Of a stretch of DNA of 64,000 bases, positions 62,813 to 64,000 are shown in pieces. Made by a program: the position numbers and the translations under genes. The notes under the pieces were generated by a model that did no database searches, was not told the DNA's origin, and saw only the letters and a list, made by a program, of their open reading frames with translations. Location of the stretch: assembly GCA_050298595.1 (NCBI GenBank), contig JBNKUM010000085.1:96001-160000 (forward strand), in the 5' to 3' direction. This DNA is from Gammaproteobacteria bacterium (lineage in GTDB: Bacteria; Pseudomonadota; Gammaproteobacteria; GCA-001735895). Each line of letters starts with the position of its first letter. Position 1 is the first letter of the stretch.

Positions 62813-63166
62813 CTGAATAAATAATGATAACCAGAAAGGATTATGTTACCACCTTACGAGTAAATAGGATGCAAAAAGTTACTCAATCACATGACATCTT
62901 TATAAAGTATAGTGTATATAGACGTGCTGATATTACCGCCTGTCGCCCGATATATTCTCAATTTGTTACATGACTTAATCGTTAAAACTCATGTTTTCAG
63001 CCAGAAAAATACAAAATAGATGCATAGCCAGAGTAGAGCCTGAATTAACATAAATCCCTCATCAAATATCTCTGTAAGATACTTTTTTTACCTACCAGAA
63101 TTTACCTGCAGCACAATACCTGATGACAGCAAATGCCAATTTATTATCCAGCAATATTAAATCACC

Positions 63167-64000
63167 ATGAGTAAACGCACTCAGCCTGGGCTATTGAGCC
63201 ATCGACGGGTTCTAAAAATTGCACTACCTATAGTGCTGTCTAACGCAACTGTTCCCATCCTTGGAGCCGTGGATACTGGCGTGGTGGGTCAGATGGGTGC
63301 TGCTACGCCCATTGGTGCAGTGGGTATAGGAGCTGTGATTGTTGCCTCTATTTACTGGATCTTCGGTTTTCTGCGCATGGGGACGACCGGAATGGTTGCG
63401 CAGACACTAGGGGCTGGAAACCAGGCGGAGGTTTCTGCCCTACTGACGCGGGCACTCATGATTGCCTTCGCAGGCGGTCTACTGCTGATTGTGTTTCAGA
63501 TCCCCATCCTGTGGCTGGTTTTTCAAATTTCACCGGCTTCCGCTGAAGTAGAAACTCTGGCGCGTGCCTATATCAATATCCGCATCTGGTCCGCGCCCTT
63601 TGCCATTTCTATCTATGGCCTTACCGGCTGGCTGATCGCACATGAACGCACTCGCTCAGTGCTGTTATTACAGCTATGGATGAACGGGCTAAATATACTG
63701 CTCGATCTATGCTTCGTACTGGGCCTGGATTGGGGCGTCGAAGGCGTAGCAATAGCGACAGTCATCGCCGAGGTTTCTGGAGCCGCTATGGGACTGTGGC
63801 TGTGTCGAGAGGCAATGACCCACCCCGCCTGGCGTATGGCAGAAAGGATATTTGATCGTGAGCGACTTATACACATGGCGCAGGTAAACACCGACATCCT
63901 GATTCGTTCCGTACTACTGCTATCGATCATCGTAAGCTTCACCTTTTTCGGCTCCAGTTTTGGTGACCTGACACTAGCTGCCAATCAGATACTCATGCAA
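63167..64000 (+). CDS. dinF: MATE family efflux transporter, DinF-type (runs off the window end)
   Basis: Translated by hand: HRRVLKIALPIVLSNATVPILGAVDTGVVG..FGFLRMGTTG. It is missing from the ORF track because there is no stop in the window. Confidence 0.9.
   Translation, partial: MSKRTQPGLLSHRRVLKIALPIVLSNATVPILGAVDTGVVGQMGAATPIGAVGIGAVIVASIYWIFGFLRMGTTGMVAQTLGAGNQAEVSALLTRALMIAFAGGLLLIVFQIPILWLVFQISPASAEVETLARAYINIRIWSAPFAISIYGLTGWLIAHERTRSVLLLQLWMNGLNILLDLCFVLGLDWGVEGVAIATVIAEVSGAAMGLWLCREAMTHPAWRMAERIFDRERLIHMAQVNTDILIRSVLLLSIIVSFTFFGSSFGDLTLAANQILMQ

Noticed and set aside
62925-62950. GGCGGTAA on the minus strand, similar to an ops element
   Set aside because: It mismatches the GGCGGTAG core, has no JUMPstart context, and only two short genes follow.
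63613-63984. 123-aa minus-strand ORF in the track
   Set aside because: It is the antisense shadow of the dinF-type MATE gene on the plus strand.
1-64000. CRISPR arrays, tRNA/rRNA genes, IS elements, integrases and phage genes
   Set aside because: None recognised by eye. The only repeats seen are short in-frame coding repeats (about 25825-25850, 58053-58097 and about 62670-62716).

Overview
This window is 64 kb of core chromosome from a gammaproteobacterium. A sulfur-globule-like protein and a periplasmic rhodanese suggest a sulfur oxidiser (inference). Most of it is housekeeping: ileS-lspA-fkpB-ispH, regBA, a dctPQM TRAP transporter, znuACB, lptD-surA-pdxA-rsmA, folA, apaGH, lgt-thyA, pepP/zapA/6S RNA, ilvA, rpiA, rplM-rpsI, crp, trpEGDC, gph-rpe, purEK, purC and a dinF-type MATE gene. 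I saw no tRNA, rRNA, CRISPR array, transposase or integrase. The most unusual element is an intact but catalytically stripped gcvPA/gcvPB-like pair that lacks the PLP lysine motif. It lies downstream of pepP, where the native gcv operon is expected, and a TpsB/tandem-FecR/TpsA cassette occupies the place of ubiH-ubiI-gcvT-gcvH. Other points of note: two candidate sRNAs with CCUCC anti-Shine-Dalgarno motifs, one of them behind a RegA-type box; an apparent 4.8 kb inversion bounded by an 8-bp inverted repeat and carrying a GAF/LysM-FecR/ComFB/FHA module; an internally deleted SNF2 helicase pseudogene beside a RecQ; and an unannotated Trp leader peptide. All assignments come from reading motifs by eye; no searches were run.
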